Shown here in pieces: positions 15,826 to 30,814 of a DNA stretch of 64,000 nucleotides. Numbering within the stretch: the first letter of the stretch is position 1; each line of letters opens with the position of its first letter. The position numbers and the translations under genes were made by a program. The stretch is from the human T2T-CHM13v2.0 reference genome, Homo sapiens: the NCBI RefSeq assembly GCF_009914755.1, contig NC_060947.1; one strand, written 5' to 3'. Under the pieces are notes generated by a model. It worked only from the letters and a program-made list of their open reading frames with translations. It was not told where the DNA came from and did no database searches.

Positions 15826-15862
15826 TATGTTACGTTATGTGATGTGATGTGATGTGATGTGT
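15826..15862. repeat. (GATGT)n pentanucleotide microsatellite
   Basis: ATGTTACGTTATGTGATGTGATGTGATGTGATGTG. Confidence 0.85.
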
Positions 15863-16129
15863 GTGCACCATTTTGTGTATACTTCTCTCAAGGCACTTAC
15901 ACAAATAACACAAATACACAAATATCTTTAATTTAAGGGCAATTGTTTTTTCCCTCCAATTAAGGACTATGTCTTTCAATTATCGAATCTCAGAGAACAC
16001 CTAGAATAGTGTTATGCACAATTAGGTTTGCAATAAATGTTTTTCGGCTCCAATAGGCAATGTTCAGTCATTTAAGGTCTGTGAGGAGGAGAGAGAGCAC
16101 ATATCCAGACTAGAAGAAAGAGATGATAA

Positions 16130-16600
16130 AGGACAACTAGGAAGCCTTTGTTGTAATCAAGACATAAAAAACATTTGGGCCCCAATCAGGGTGGGAATGG
16201 AAACAAAGGGGTGAATGGATATGAATGTCTACACAGAGAATAGATTCTAGGAGAAGGGGAAACGAATAGAAATAACATCAAGGATTGGAGCCTAGGTAAC
16301 TGGGAGAATGGTGGCATCCTGAGCAAAAATAAGAAACTCAGAGTGGAGTTGTTTGGGCAAAGGGGCAGGGTAGGTAGGAGATAATGAATTTAGTGTTTTA
16401 GGTATTGAGTTAGAAGTGTAGGTGGAACCAGGTGGAGAGGTACAGCAGGTGGCTGGCAATGTGGCATTGCAGCCTTGGAGGGCCACCAGCTTGGAGGCGA
16501 TGGTTGAAACCGAAACAGTGAAAGAGATTTCACAAAAGAAAACCTTGTAGAGCCAAGGAAGAGGGTTATGAAGTAGACCCTAGTGAATGCCTGGATGCAC
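16130..16600 (-). mobile_element. L2 LINE remnant
   Basis: GGTAACTGGGAGAATGGTGGCA..GATAATGAATTTAGTGTTTTAGG..GTTAGAAGTG typical decayed L2. Confidence 0.5.
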
Positions 16601-17629
16601 AGAGCATTGCCACGGGAGATTCCTTTTTTGTGACAAGATTTGCTGACATAAATTACATCTAGCACTTAGCCATCTGTTTCACTGTAGCTGTTGAGATGAT
16701 TTCTCTGGTTGTGAGTTTTCTCTCCTTCACCTAGACCTTACACTGAGGGAAGGAAGGTATTTACAAAACCCTCTGATCTTGCCTTTCAGAAGGCACCAGA
16801 TAAAGTAGTTACTTTTTAACCAGAGATAATGAACTGAATTCTTCTGCATATCAGAATTAAATGTACTTTGAACTTGGAGTGGCAATCAAAGAGAAATACA
16901 TAACTGGGATGGGAGCTGGATAAAATAGTCCTTGGGAATTCTATGTTTTGGTAGAAGCCAACCCAGAAACTACCAGCCTTTTTTGGTAAAACTTGGGAAA
17001 GCCTCCTAAACAGACTCAAGAAACATCTATTAAGCATCTATTTTGCTCCAGGTCCTGTGATCAGTTTTTTATTTTGGCATAATTTTCCCCAAACCCTGTG
17101 AAGTAGATATTCTCTTCATTTTCAGAAGAGAATGTATCCTGACATTTAAAAAATAGTGAACCTTGAACTATCTCTGCTAATACCGTTGCCAAGGGCCACT
17201 GGTTGTTGTGCCCACTGCTCCCACCAAGTGGTAGATTCCATTGTATCAGAGTCCTCAAATGCTGGCTCAGACCTCTGATTGGCTAAGCCTGGGTCACGTG
17301 CCTGTGTCCTGTCTGCAGCTTTGTGGATTTTGTAGTTGCTTCCTCCAAGGTTCACACAACAGGATCTTCTCCCCTATGGGAAAGGAGATCAGATGCTGGG
17401 AAGCCTCCTAACCCCATTAGTAGATATCTACTCCAATGAGGAAAGCAGAGTTTATATGTCCAAGGACAACGGTAAGCACTGGAGCTGAACAAAACCGAGG
17501 CCTTCGAAGTCTGACTGATCTTTCCATTATACTATAGCTGTTTTACTGCAACTATTTGAAAGAGGACAGAGAATTCATTTCCCTCACTTTTCCAAAACTC
17601 TCCACAATTAACAAAACTTCTTTTTGTGT

Positions 17630-17785
17630 ACTTTTAATGTACCAGACACTGTTAGGTGCTTTACATACATTGTTTAATCTCTATAAAAACCTTTGGAGAC
17701 AAAGATTATTGGGAGGAATTAGAATCCTCATGTTACAGATTAAGAAAACTGAGGTTTAGAGAGGTTATGTGGTTTGGTCCAAGAC
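17630..17785 (-). mobile_element. MIR SINE
   Basis: Core CATGTTACAGATTAAGAAAACTGAGGTTTAGAGAGGTT. Confidence 0.75.
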
Positions 17786-18159
17786 TGTCAGTAAATAAAG
17801 GGCTCTTTCTATCTAATTACAAAGTTAGAGGTCTTTATATATCATGGTGCCATCAGAAGCTGTCTGGGTAAGGGTTTGAGCCTTATTTATATTTGCTGTT
17901 TCTCCTACTTCCAGCTCCTAATTCGATGACTGGCACATATCAAGCTCTCCATCAATGCTTGTTGAATGAGTGAGTTGGTATGCCTGAATTGAGTGGAGAG
18001 GGGAGGGAAGAAAACTTTAAAGAGTGATAGTGACGATTAACAAGGAGGCATTTGGGATGCAGGTGAGAGGAAATCACTCAATGAGGTAGAATTGTCTCTC
18101 ACTAGATTAAATCAAGCAAGGTAAATAGGTTAAGAGTTAAGGCTGATTTAGAAAGCTTA

Positions 18160-18443
18160 CCCTGTGGTGGTTCCACCTAGGAGTATCAAAGCCCAGCTCC
18201 CTTGCCTTAAGTCTGGACAACTCTGCAGTGTAACTTACACTCCAGAATTCTCCTCCTGGGGCCAGAATGCACTCCTCTCCAAGGGACTTCGCCTGCAATC
18301 ACCCTCTTGCTTGGCTTCCTCCCAATCTCTGTCTTGCTTCCCCCACTCCCTTCCTGGCTTCCCTGGAGGGCAAGTTCTTATTAAATCTCTTGCACATGAA
18401 TCTTCAACTCAGGGATCTGCTTCTGGGAAACCCAGCTTAAGCC
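18160..18443 (+). mobile_element. LTR16-like ERVL LTR
   Basis: CCCAGCTCCCTTGCC..TGCTTCCCCCACTCCC..ATTAAATCTCTTGCACATGAATC..TCTGCTTCTGGGAAACCCAG. Confidence 0.65.
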
Positions 18444-18595
18444 TGGCAGTCATTCTAGAAAAGTTTGCAGTGTGCCTGGAACTGGTAGACACTCAGTAAA
18501 CACATATTGAATGAATGAATGAATAAACGAATCCTAGAGCTGCCCCTCTCCCTCATGATAAATGTCCATAGGGCCATAGCTCTCTCTTTTAAAAC

Positions 18596-19533
18596 ATTTT
18601 TTTATTTTTTAATTTTTCCAGAAGTTATTAGGGTACAGGTGGTATTTAGTTAAATGAGTAAGTTCTTCAGTGGTGATTTTTGAGATTTTAGTGTACCCAT
18701 CACCCGAGCAGTATACACTGCCCCATATTTATAATCTTTTATCCCTCATCCTCCTCTCACTCTTCCCCACAAGTCCCCAAAGTCCATGGTATCATTCTTA
18801 TGCCTTTGTGTCCTCATAGCTTAGCTCCCACATATCAGTGAGAACATATGATGTTTGGTTTTCCATTCCTGAGTTACTTCCATTAGAATAGTAGTCCCCA
18901 GTCTCATCCAGGTCACTGCAAATGCTGTTAATTCATTGCTTTTTATGGCTGTATAGTATTCCATTATATATCTATCTATCTATATGTATATAATATATAT
19001 ATGTATATAATGTATATATATACTACAGTTTCTTTATCCACTTATTGATTGATGGGTATTTGGGTTGGATCCACGATTTTGCAATTGTGAATTGTGCTTC
19101 TGTAAAAAAGCATGTGCAAGTATCTTTTTTGAATAATGACTTCTTTTCCTCTGGGTAGATACCCAGTAGTGGGATTGCTGGATCAAATGGTAGTTCTGCT
19201 TTTAGTTCTTTAAGGAATCTCCACACTGTTTTCCATAGTGGCTGTACTAGTTTACATTCCCACCAGCAATGTAGAAGTGTTCCCTGCTCATTGCATCCAC
19301 GCCAAAAATCTACTGTTTTTTAATTCTTTTGATTATGGCCATTCTTGCAGGAGTAAGGTGGTATCGTATTGTGGTTTTGCTTTGCATTTCCCTGATCATT
19401 AGTGATGTTGAGCCTTTTTTCATGTTTGTTGGCTATTTGTATATCTTCTTTTGAGGATTGTCTATTCATCTCCTTAGCCCACCTTTTGATGGGATTGTTT
19501 GTTTTTTTTCTTGCTGATTTGTTTGAGTTGTTT
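18596..19533 (-). mobile_element. L1PB1-like 3' end, 5'-truncated
   Basis: GGGTACAGGTGGTATTT..AAGTTCTTCAGTGGTGATTT..CCCATCACCCGAGCAGT; ORF 19023-19226 ([14 protein letters not shown]) is the ORF2 C-terminus; (TA)n at 18965-19022. Confidence 0.9.
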
Positions 19534-22500
19534 GAGAAAAATGTGTATTCTGTCCTTATTAGGTAGAGTGTTCTGTAGATGTTTGTTAGTTCTAATTGGT
19601 TTGTGGTGTTGCTGAAGGCTTCTATTCGCATTGATCTTCAAACTAGTTGTTCTGCTCATTATTGAGAAGAAAGTATGGCAATCTCTGTCTGTCATTGTTG
19701 AATTGTCTACTTCTCTCATTATTTCCGTCAGTTTTTGCTTCATGTATTTTGGTGCTCTGTTGTTAGGTTCATTTATCTTCCTGATGGATTGAACTTTTTG
19801 TCATTATAATGTGTCCATCTTAATCGCTAGAACTTTTTTGCATTAAAGCCTATTTTGTCTTATGTTACTAGAGTCACTTCACTTCAGCTTTCTTGTGGTT
19901 GTTATTTGCATGATATATCTTTTTGCATCCTTTTGCTTTGAATCTATTTGCACATTTGAATCTAAATTGTTTCTTCTCTAGTTAGCATATAGTTAGATAT
20001 TATTTTTTAAACCCAGTCTGACAATCTGTTTTTTATTAGATTGTTTAATCCATTCACATTTAATGTTATTATCAATATAGCTGCATTTATATCTGCCATT
20101 TTACTTTTTGTTTTCTATGTGTCTTCAGTCTTTATATTTTTCTTGTTCCTCTGTTCCTGCATGTGTGCTTTCTTTGGCATTAAATGAATATTTTCTAATG
20201 TAGCATTTTCATTTCTTTAATGATTTTCTCACTGTATATTTATTAGTTATTTATCAGAAATAGCTTTAGATTTATACTAATTTAATTCTAGTAAGATACA
20301 GAAATGTTACTTCTCTATAGTTCTCTTCTTTTCCTACTTTTTGCAGCATTATTATACATATTACATCTATAAATGTTAAAAATCCAAAAACACACTGTTA
20401 TAATTATTACTTTATAAAATTCTATGTCTTTTATAGAGTCTAAGAGAAAAAGGAGAATAAGTATATATTTGTAGCTTTCAGTATATTAATCTTCTTATTC
20501 ATCATTTCTGGTTCTCTATATTTTTTCTTGTGGATTCCAGTTACCATTTGGAATTCTTTTCTTTAGCCCAATACAGCTTACTTCCACCTACTTTTTGTGC
20601 TTTTATTGGCAAATATATTACATTCCTATATGTTATAGGCTTAATGATACATTATATACACATTGTTTAATAATATTGATTTTTAAAAGCAGTTAAGCAG
20701 AGAAAGGAGAATAAATATGCATCTGTACTGTCATTTATAATTACATAATTAGCTTTATTGATGTCCTTTGTGCTTTGTGTGTGGATTAAAATTACTACCT
20801 GGAGTCACTTGTTTGCAGCCTAAAGAACTTTTACTATGTCTTGCAAGATTGCTGTGCTAGCAACAAATTATCTGTTTTTGTTTATCTGGGAATTTTTAAA
20901 ATTTTGTCTTCATTTTTGAAAGTTAGGTTTGCTGGATACAGGATTCTCCACTGACAGGTTTTTTTCCTTTGTGCACTTTATATGTTATTCCATTGTCTTC
21001 TGACCTCCATTGTTTCTGATGAGATGTTAGTTATTTTTATTGTGGTTCTCATGTAAGTGATTGTTTTTCTTTGTTTTCAAGATTTTCTCCTTGTCTATGG
21101 CTTTTAGCATTTTTACTATGATGCGTCACTTTGTAGATCTCTTTGTACTTATCCTACCTAGAACTTATTGAGCTTCTTATATGTATAGATTAATATTTTT
21201 CAATAAACTTTGGCAGTTTTTAGCCATTATTTCATCAAATATTTTTTCTACTCCTTTCTCTCTCATTTTTCCTTTTGGTACTCTTGCTATACACATTTTG
21301 CTTTACTGGTATTTTATATTTGGTGCAACATTGTTTCCATACTTCTATAATTATTATTTCCTTTAGTTCTTTGAATGTATTTATAATGGTATGTTGAAAT
21401 CTTTGTTAAATCTGACATCTGGTCACCCTCACAGGCACCTCCTGTTGCTTGATTTTTCCCCTTTAGCATATGGGTCATACTTTCTCGTTTCTTTGAATAT
21501 CTCATATTTTTGAAAATAGACATTTTCAATAATATATTACAGCACATGGGCACTTCCCCATCACTGTCTTCAGGGCTTGTTATTATTACTTGCTTCCTTA
21601 CTTATTTAGTAACCAACTGGATTATTTTAGTGAAGTATACTTATTCCTACACTCACAGCATGAGGCTCTGATGTTGCTCCTCAGAAGTGTCAGTCTTGAG
21701 TATGCCCATAGTCACCTTGTGATGATAGTGGTTTTGGCAGTACTCTGACTGTCTTTTTCCCTGACTACACTCAACTGTTAAGATGCTTCTCTAATTGTCA
21801 GTTGAATTTTCTATTTTTTTTCCAACAAAGCCCTGGTGCATAGATTACTTCTGAATCTAATCCAATCACACTTAGACTCCTTTAAAGGAATAGTTCCTGA
21901 GGTCAGTGTTTTAGATATGTTCTGACCCCAAGAGAGGTCTTTTCAGCTGTTTCTTTCCTTGTTTCTCTCCAGCACATTAGTTGGCCTACAATTTAGCCTA
22001 TATTTCCAATGAATCTACTAATCATTTCCCCATTGCTTTTCAGCACAACTTCCACTGTTTTTGAGAGTGCCCTTAGGCTTGAACTTCTTCACTCTCTGTT
22101 CCAAATGAAGCCAATTCCTTTGTAGTGGGATTTGGAACTCTCTGTTCTATGGATTGCTTCTCCCTTCAGGCAACATCTCTTAGTCATGGCTCTGGTGCTG
22201 ATGGTAGAGTCAATGGCTGGTCTCTGAATGACATCCTTGTATTAGGAGCTGAATGCTTGGTGGATAGAGTGGGAGCAACAATCCTGATCTCCTAGACTTG
22301 CCTATTTTGGCATGAAAACCCTGTCCAAGGAACTAAGGCAAAGACAACTGGGGCTCCATTATTCTTAGAGGCACTGAACCAAAGGTGGAACTTCTATTTT
22401 GTGAGTAGTGGCTAGGCAGAAGAAGGGAGCACATACCTCTCTGTCTCACTCACCTGGAATTTAAATTTAGCAGCAGCTAGCTGGGGGCAGGATGTGAAAT

Positions 22501-22840
22501 GCTATTTTCCTGCTCCCTTCCTTGGATGATAGCCCTCTGACTGGGAGCATGGTAAAGGGGAGTACTGTATTCCTGGTTGTACCAATCTGAAGTGGAGTTT
22601 CCAGCTCACTTAGTTTGGAAGTGGAAGGGCATAGGTTTTGGTTCATATACTACAGACTCTTACAGTTCTTACCAAGTTTTAGTAGGTTTTCTTGAGTAAA
22701 CATTTCTTCATTTGCCATATGCTCATATGGCCATTTCCAGAGGATTAAATGGTTATTTTAAAACAGTTTTCACCAATTTCTTAATAGCTGAGGAGCGGGT
22801 CCATGGAGCTTTTTGTGTTGTCATGTCAGAAGTTGAACTC
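19534..22840 (-). mobile_element. Ancient L1M 5' half (5'UTR, ORF1 remnants, ORF2 endonuclease)
   Basis: EN motif LTNIYRTL..TEYTFFS and MKQKLTE in ORFs near 19540-19743; GGTTTGCTGGATACAGGATTCT ORF1 remnant; T-rich strand bias. Confidence 0.75.
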
Positions 22841-24650
22841 CTCCAGTGATTTCATTTCCAAGCATAGATTATTGTTTTTTCCATAACCAGATTCTGGCTG
22901 TATTGATTTCCATAGTCGTCTATCTTAATGTTGTCCTCTAATCAGCAGGAGTGAAAAAACACTAAATCAAAGTCTTCTATACATTGATTAGGACTATCTA
23001 CAAGTTTAAAAAAAATAAAAAAGAAAGGTTAAACTGTGTTTTAAAGCATATTTCAAAGCTATGAACAATTCTAAAATTTTTAATGGAAAATTTGCTGTCT
23101 CATCCACAGGTCAGTGCAACCTATGGTCACATATTGCCCTGAGTTAACTGAACCAAACTGAGTTGAATTTTGTTCTGGGCATTTGCCAGTCACAGTGCAG
23201 CAGGTGAGCAGGAAGCCTGCTTTTACTGCCTGAGGACTAAGTCTTGGTGATTTCAGAGTTTCTAACATGGCCATCAAGAGTTCAGTTTCCCAGGAACTAT
23301 TTTGTGGGTAATTGCTTTAGTTGTCATAGAACAAGGTTTTGGCATATGTGGATGCTCCCACATAGGCAGAATACCTGTCATTTGGCAGCAATAAACCTCT
23401 TCGCAAATGAAGGACAAGTGTGTTCATGCCAGCTTTTAATTCTCTGTGTTAATTTAGTTCAGGGGAAACGGTTGCAAAACTGCAATCCACATATGAACCC
23501 CTAAACTAAATTTAGTTAATAGACCCCCTGGCTCCTCAACTAAATTTTATTTTAGTCCACAAACTTGAGTGGATAAGAGACAGTACATTGCACTCTTTAT
23601 TTTTCTAAAATCAAATCAAATCTGACTCTAGTCTCCATCCTGCCTGGGCTGTGAGAAATACTACCTCAGATACAGACAGGTCCTTATCTCTTCCTTCCCT
23701 GGGCTGTGTTGGAGACTGGTTTTTAGATCACATGATTACTACTGCCTTTTTTTTTTTTGAAGTCTAGGCTGCTTCCAGCTCAAGCAGCCACTGGAAATTT
23801 TTCTTGGGGCTTCTAATGCCATGGTGCAGGTCTCTAGGTGGTTCTCCAGTCTTTCCCTACTGAGGTCCTCTCCAAGTGAGGGGTCAGGGTTCCATACCAG
23901 ACTCAGAGATGCCCTCTCCTCTGATTTAGCTGCTTCTACTCTTGAATTCCCCAATGCCAAAGGGGATAATCCCTTTCCCCTCCTTTCTAGGATCTAATTT
24001 AATCACCCCAATAAGCTCAAGGATTTGAAAACCAAATCCAAAAAGTGTGTGTGCCTCCTGCTTTCTGCTGTGTAACAACGTCTTCCCCTCTTGCTTGCAC
24101 AATCTTTCCATACCCCACACAAAGGAATACAAAGGCATTTGTCCTCTCTTTGGGGAAAGGAAAAATACAGCAAAAGCAAAGACAAATCAGCTCATCAATA
24201 AATAATTTTTTCATGGTTACTAATAGCCTGTAGGGACCACTTTCTCCTTATTCCTTATCTACTCTTTAGTGGAGTGTCTTAGCAAGATGGTTAAAGAAAG
24301 AGAGAAAAAAGTAAAGAAGAAGTTTAGGGGACTAAATTAATTTAGCATGCTCGATGAGTAGGCTCCTATGTTATTAATTGATATTAAACTACATGTGTAG
24401 CAACGCTAGGCGTGAACAGTATTTGGTAACACTTCAAATACTCTTTCTTCCCTCTCCTTATACCTGTGGTGGCCACACTGACCCCTATGCTCTCTCAAGG
24501 GTTTGGTTTTTGCCTTAAAATACCTGGTATGCTTTAAGGGTGATTACCCATAGGCCCTATAACTCTTCAAAAATCATCCCCACCAGCAGACTGATTCCTG
24601 CAATTCCATCATCAGAGCTACACCTTTCTTAAAAGTGCAAATGAGAGGGT

Positions 24651-25112
24651 TATATTAGTTTCCTGTGGCTGCTGTAACAAAGACCACAAATTTGGTGTCT
24701 TTAGAAAACAAATGTATTCTCTCATAGTCCTGGAGGCTAGAAGTCTGAAATCATCTTGTCTGCAGCACCACGCTCCAGCTCTGAAGGCTCTGGAAGAGAC
24801 TGTCCCACATCTTTCTTCTAGCTTCTGGTGGTTGCCTGCGATTCTTGGTATCCCTTGGCTTATAGCTGCATCACTTCAATCTTTGTATCTGTGGTCACAT
24901 GGCCTTCTTCCCTGCCTGCCTCTCCGTCTCTCCAAATCTCTTTCTTCTTATAAGGACAGCTATCGTTGAATTGAGGGCCTACCCTAATCCTATATGACCT
25001 CGTCTTAACTTGATTACATCTTCAGTGACCTTATATCCAAATAACATCACATTCACATGTACCAGGGATTAGGATTTAGACATATCTTTTGGGGGATGCA
25101 GTGGAACCTACA
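24651..25112 (-). mobile_element. MLT1B/C-like solo LTR
   Basis: TATTAGTTTCCTGTGGCTGCTGTAACAAA..GGAGGCTAGAAGTCTGAAATC..TCTTATAAGGAC..CATATCTTTTGGGGG. Confidence 0.85.
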
Positions 25113-25682
25113 ATAAACGTTAACACTAATTATTGTCAGTTACTTGCAGTTTAGTGGGAGCAGTTTTAGCAGACTTTATTTGAGAAGGAATTCAGAATCA
25201 GAGACAGGATAGTGGAGGATGGGGCAGATAGAAAAGAGTAGAAATGAGCTGTTAACTGCACATTAATGTTGAGGGTGGGTCTGCTGTGGCCCTGTGACTC
25301 TCTGCCAATTTGACCATAAGAAAAAAGAGGAGGCTGAGAAGACACAGTAGCTACAGCTGGACAGAAAAATAGGAATTAAAGGACTTTGGTGATATTTCAG
25401 ATGAGTCCAGAAGGAAAGAAATCTTGGTACAATGATCCATGATTTGAATAAAACACATCTCTCTAATTTAAATAGATTTGGGAAGTGATTGAAATTTCAC
25501 ATTCGTAAGTTTTTAAATTTTGCTTCATCATTGGTTGTTTCATAGTTGAGCTCCTAAAAGTTTAGCTTTTTGTTTCCTTTAATAGGATATGAGTTATAAT
25601 TCTAAAGAACTATAGAGTCTTTATTCCTTCTTGATTGTATCATCTTAATTATTTAACGTTTAGAGAAACTATCAAAACAAAG

Positions 25683-26420
<738 letters not shown>

Positions 26421-26521
26421 AGGGGGAAGCTACCATGGCAGACAATTTCCCAGAAGCAGTGAGAGCTATAGCTAATACATCTCATTGTAATGGGATGGAA
26501 AGGATAAAAAAGAAGACTACA

Positions 26522-26854
<333 letters not shown>

Positions 26855-27299
26855 CTAAATTTATTTGCTTGCCTGACAACACAAATACTGGATCAGCAGA
26901 CTCTCTTAGCAGACATAAAGGTCTAGGTATGGAGTGAAAAGGGAGAAAGTACATCAAATGATGAGACATTCTGAATTCAGGTCTCCGGCTGGCTCATAAA
27001 ACAGATTGTAAATTCTTCTATGCCAGTGGCTAGTTTCAAGTGTTTCATCACTGAATGCCCGGAAGCTGAGTTTCAAACAAGTTCAAGATGGGATGTGTTA
27101 AATTCCAGTGCCTAGGTTAATTCAGCAGAATGCTCATATGCACATGCAAGCAGCTCTGGCAAGCTTTTTCTTCAACAGGGAAAACAATATAGCAATATTA
27201 AAAAAAAATTACAGGCAAGAAAGCATCCACCCTCTTACAACCTTACTCACTATACAATGTTTTATTTTGGGATATTGCTTTTGTGTTCAATACACACAT

Positions 27300-27631
27300 T
27301 TATTTTTTATTTTTATTTTATTTATTTATTTATTTTTTTTTTTGAGATGGACTTTTGCTCTGTCACCCAGACTGGAGTATAATGGTGAGATCTCGGCTCA
27401 ATGCAACTTCTACCTCCCGGGTTCAAGCGATTCTCCTGCCTCAGTCTCCTGAGTAGCTGGGATTACAGGCATGCACCACCAAGCCTGGCTAATTATTTTA
27501 TATTTTTAGTAGAGAGAGACAGGTTTTCACCATGTTGGCTAGGCTGGCCTTGAACTCCTGACCTCAAGTGATCTGCCTGCCTTGGCCTCCCAAAGTGCTG
27601 AGATTACAGGCATGAGCCACCGCGCCCGGCC
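27300..27631 (-). mobile_element. Alu (AluSz/Sx-like)
   Basis: (TTTA)n tail, CCTGACCTCAAGTGATC, ends CGCGCCCGGCC. Confidence 0.95.
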
Positions 27632-28632
27632 AGTAAACACATATTTAATAGTTATAAACACACCACGTGTACTGTTTTGTATTTCCAACTTGCTTTATGA
27701 CTTGAAAATAATCCTAAAATATTTTTCAATGTTATTACATGGTCTTTATTATTAGGATTTAATGACTAAATAGTATTCTTTCAAGTCAATATGGCATCAA
27801 CTATTTATTCATGTTTCCTATTTTTGAACATTTGGTGAGTCCAATGACCTCTGTGTAATATGCGTGCGTGTGTGTGTGTGTAGGATAGCAGTGAACATCT
27901 TTGCTGATTCAAGAATTTATTTTTTCTCTTAAATTATTTTCTTAAGATCAATTCCCCCAAAGTGAGTATTCTATGTCAAAGTGAAGGAACTCTTGCTGAC
28001 TCTTAATATGAGGGGCCAAATTTATTTCCCATTTCCAGGGGTATTTCCCTCACTCTCACCCTAGAGCAGTAGAAGTATACCAGTTTTATCCCTGTGTTGC
28101 CAGCACACAATGTTCTTGCCATTAAAAAATGTTGCTAATTTGATGTAAGCATAAAATAACAGCTCAAGGTTACTTTAAAATGTACTTCTTTACTTGGAAG
28201 GATAAACATTTCCTCATATCTTTATTTTCTAATGTTAATTAGTTCTTTATGTCTTTTGCTCATTTGATGTATTTGATTTTGAACCAAAATAACACACTGC
28301 ACACCCTTCCACCTATCCCAATGAAGGCTTAATGTAAAATAATGCTCTTTTGTTTTTCACCTTCTGCATGGGGTGGCTGCTCACAGCAAAAGCAGTCTTT
28401 ATTTTTAAAAATTTCCTCTTGAAGTTCAGCCCCTGCAATATAAATAAGAGTTCTTGTCCTTGATGAAAAAACAGATTTCTGCTAGCAAAAGAGCCTCTCA
28501 AGAATAATGCAAATGTCTTTAGCTTCTGATTTTTTCTCAACCAAATTAAATGGTATATTTTAATGTCTATGATCTATTTAGTCACGTTGTGTGCCTTCTA
28601 GCCATGTGCTATACAAAGGTGTTCCTCCTGAA

Positions 28633-29099
28633 TTTTTTTTAAACTTTGATTTTAGGTTTGCAGGGACATGTGAAGGTTTGTTACATAGGTAAACTCATGT
28701 CATGGGGGTTCGTTGTATAGATTATTTCAACAATCAGATATTAAGCCCAGTACCCAGTAGTTATCTTTCCTGCTTCTCTCCCTCCTCCCACCCTCCCTTG
28801 TCAAGTAGACCCCAGTGTCTATTGTTTCCTTCTTTGTGTTCCTAAGTTCTTATCATTTAGCTCCCACTTATAACTGAGAACGTGTGGTATTTAGTTTTCT
28901 GTTCCTCTGTTAGTCTGCTAAGGATAATGACCTCCAGCTATATCCATATCCCTGCAAAAGACGTGATCTCCTTCTTTTTTATGGCTGCATTGTATTACAT
29001 GATGTACATGTACCACATTTTCTTTATCCAATCTGTCACTGATTGGCATTTAGGCTGATTCCATGTCTTTGCTATTGTGAATAGTGCTGCAGTGGACAT
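28633..29099 (-). mobile_element. L1PA13-15-like 3' end, 5'-truncated
   Basis: GGTTTGTTACATAGGTAAACTCATGTCATGGGGGTT..TTAGCTCCCACTTATAA..GCTATTGTGAATAGTGCTGC. Confidence 0.9.
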
Positions 29100-29482
29100 C
29101 GAATTGTCCACTGAATTGTCCATTGAACAGTGCTGCAGTGGACATTGAATTGTTTTGATTTGCCACCAATTGTAGCCAATTAATCTCTTTGGATACTCAT
29201 CACCCTTTGTGCCCCTAGCACCCCTTCCCTACCCTGATGTTGGAACCACCAACCTACTTTCTGCATTGGAAGGGATATATCAGAGATTCATCACAAACAC
29301 TTTTCCCAGATATTTTCACTTTTTCACAGACTCTGTTTTAGTAGAGATTGATTATTTGGTATTTATACTGTAAATGGAATGAATGTGTGCAGAGCCTTGT
29401 ACATTCAGTCCCTATTTTGTGATTTCATATAAATTATACTTTCATTCATAACGCTACCCCAAAGTCAATATAAAATTTTACC

Positions 29483-29720
29483 ACCCAGCAAACTTTTTCT
29501 GTAAAGGGCCAGGTAGTCAATATTTTAGGCTCTGTCAGCTACATAAGGTCTCTGTTGCTTTCACTGCTTCTGCCTCTTCTTCTTTCTCCTCCTCCTCCTT
29601 CTTCTTCTTTTTCAACCCTTTAAAAATGTAAAAACCATTCTTAGGTCTAGGCCTTACAAAAAATCAGGCTGTGGTTGGATTTGGATTTGGCACATGACCT
29701 GTAGTTGGCCATTGCTGATC
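29483..29720. mobile_element. MER58-like hAT-Charlie MITE
   Basis: CAGCAAACTTTTTCTGTAAAGGGCCAGGTAG..ATATTTTAGGCT..AAAACCATTCTTAG..CCTGTAGTTGGCC. Confidence 0.85.
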
Positions 29721-30395
29721 TAGAAGAATTCAGAAAAAAAAATTAAAATTTAAATGTTTTCTTTGTGAGTTAAGTAATGCATGACTAGCATTAGTTAGCT
29801 GGTTGTTTATTTTTTCTTTTTAAACAATAGCAAAAAGCATATTCATGGCAGTGAGGATGGGCCCCATTTGAATGGCTAATATTCATCTCGACACAGCTAT
29901 TTTTGAGTAGTTGGTGATATTCTCTTACAAAAAGGAAAGAAAAGAAAACAAAGCTGCCAGACAGTACTTGAAGCTTGGGTTTATTTTCTCCACCACTGCA
30001 AGAAGGTCTTGCAATGAGAACCAAAAAAATTATATTTTCTGATGGCGCATTGGGAAAACTAGTGGTGATTGTAAAAATGTATTTAGAGTTTAATTAAAAC
30101 ACAGTCACTGCAGAGGCTTCATAATAATGTATTGTTTTTCTGCTTAGATTTGTATCATCAGTGTGCTAGCTACTTGTGCTTTACATTGACCAAGAGGACA
30201 TACTGCACAAGTATGTGGATGAAGATTACTGGACTTTTACCTTAGAAAATATTTCTCCGTAGGCCACATAATGAAGTATCTCCATTAATTTTTCTTTTCT
30301 AATACTATATTTGAATTTTTTAAAGTAATTTCTTACTTATTAAGTAACTCCACTCTGACATAACACAAGCAGAATATGAAAGTTGGCAACCCCAC

Positions 30396-30762
30396 TGATA
30401 CGGTTTGGCTATGTCCCCACCCAAATCTCATCTTGAATTGTAGCTCCCATAATTCCCATGTGCTGTGGGTGGGACCCAGTGGGAGATAATCAAATGATAA
30501 TTAATTCCCCCATACTATTCTTGTGGTCTCGTGGTAGTGAATAAGTCTCATGAGATCTGATGGTTTTATAAGGGGTTTCCCTTTACACTTGGTTCTCATT
30601 CTCTCTTGTCTGCCACCATATAAGATGTGCCTTTTGCCTTCCGCCATGATTGTGAGGCCTCCCCAGCCATGTGGAACTGTGAGCCCATTGAACCTCTTTT
30701 CCTTTGTAAATTACCCAGTCTCAGGTATGCCTTTATCAGCAGCATAAAAAAGGACTAATACA
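30396..30762 (+). mobile_element. THE1 solo LTR
   Basis: TGATACGGTTTGGCT.TGTCCCCACCCAAATCTCATCTTGAATTG..GGACTAATACA; perfect 5-bp TSD CCCAC. Confidence 0.95.
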
Positions 30763-30814
30763 CCCACCCCCTTTCAAAAAACAGAGGCAAAAACACAAAA
30801 ACACTTCCCTATGT

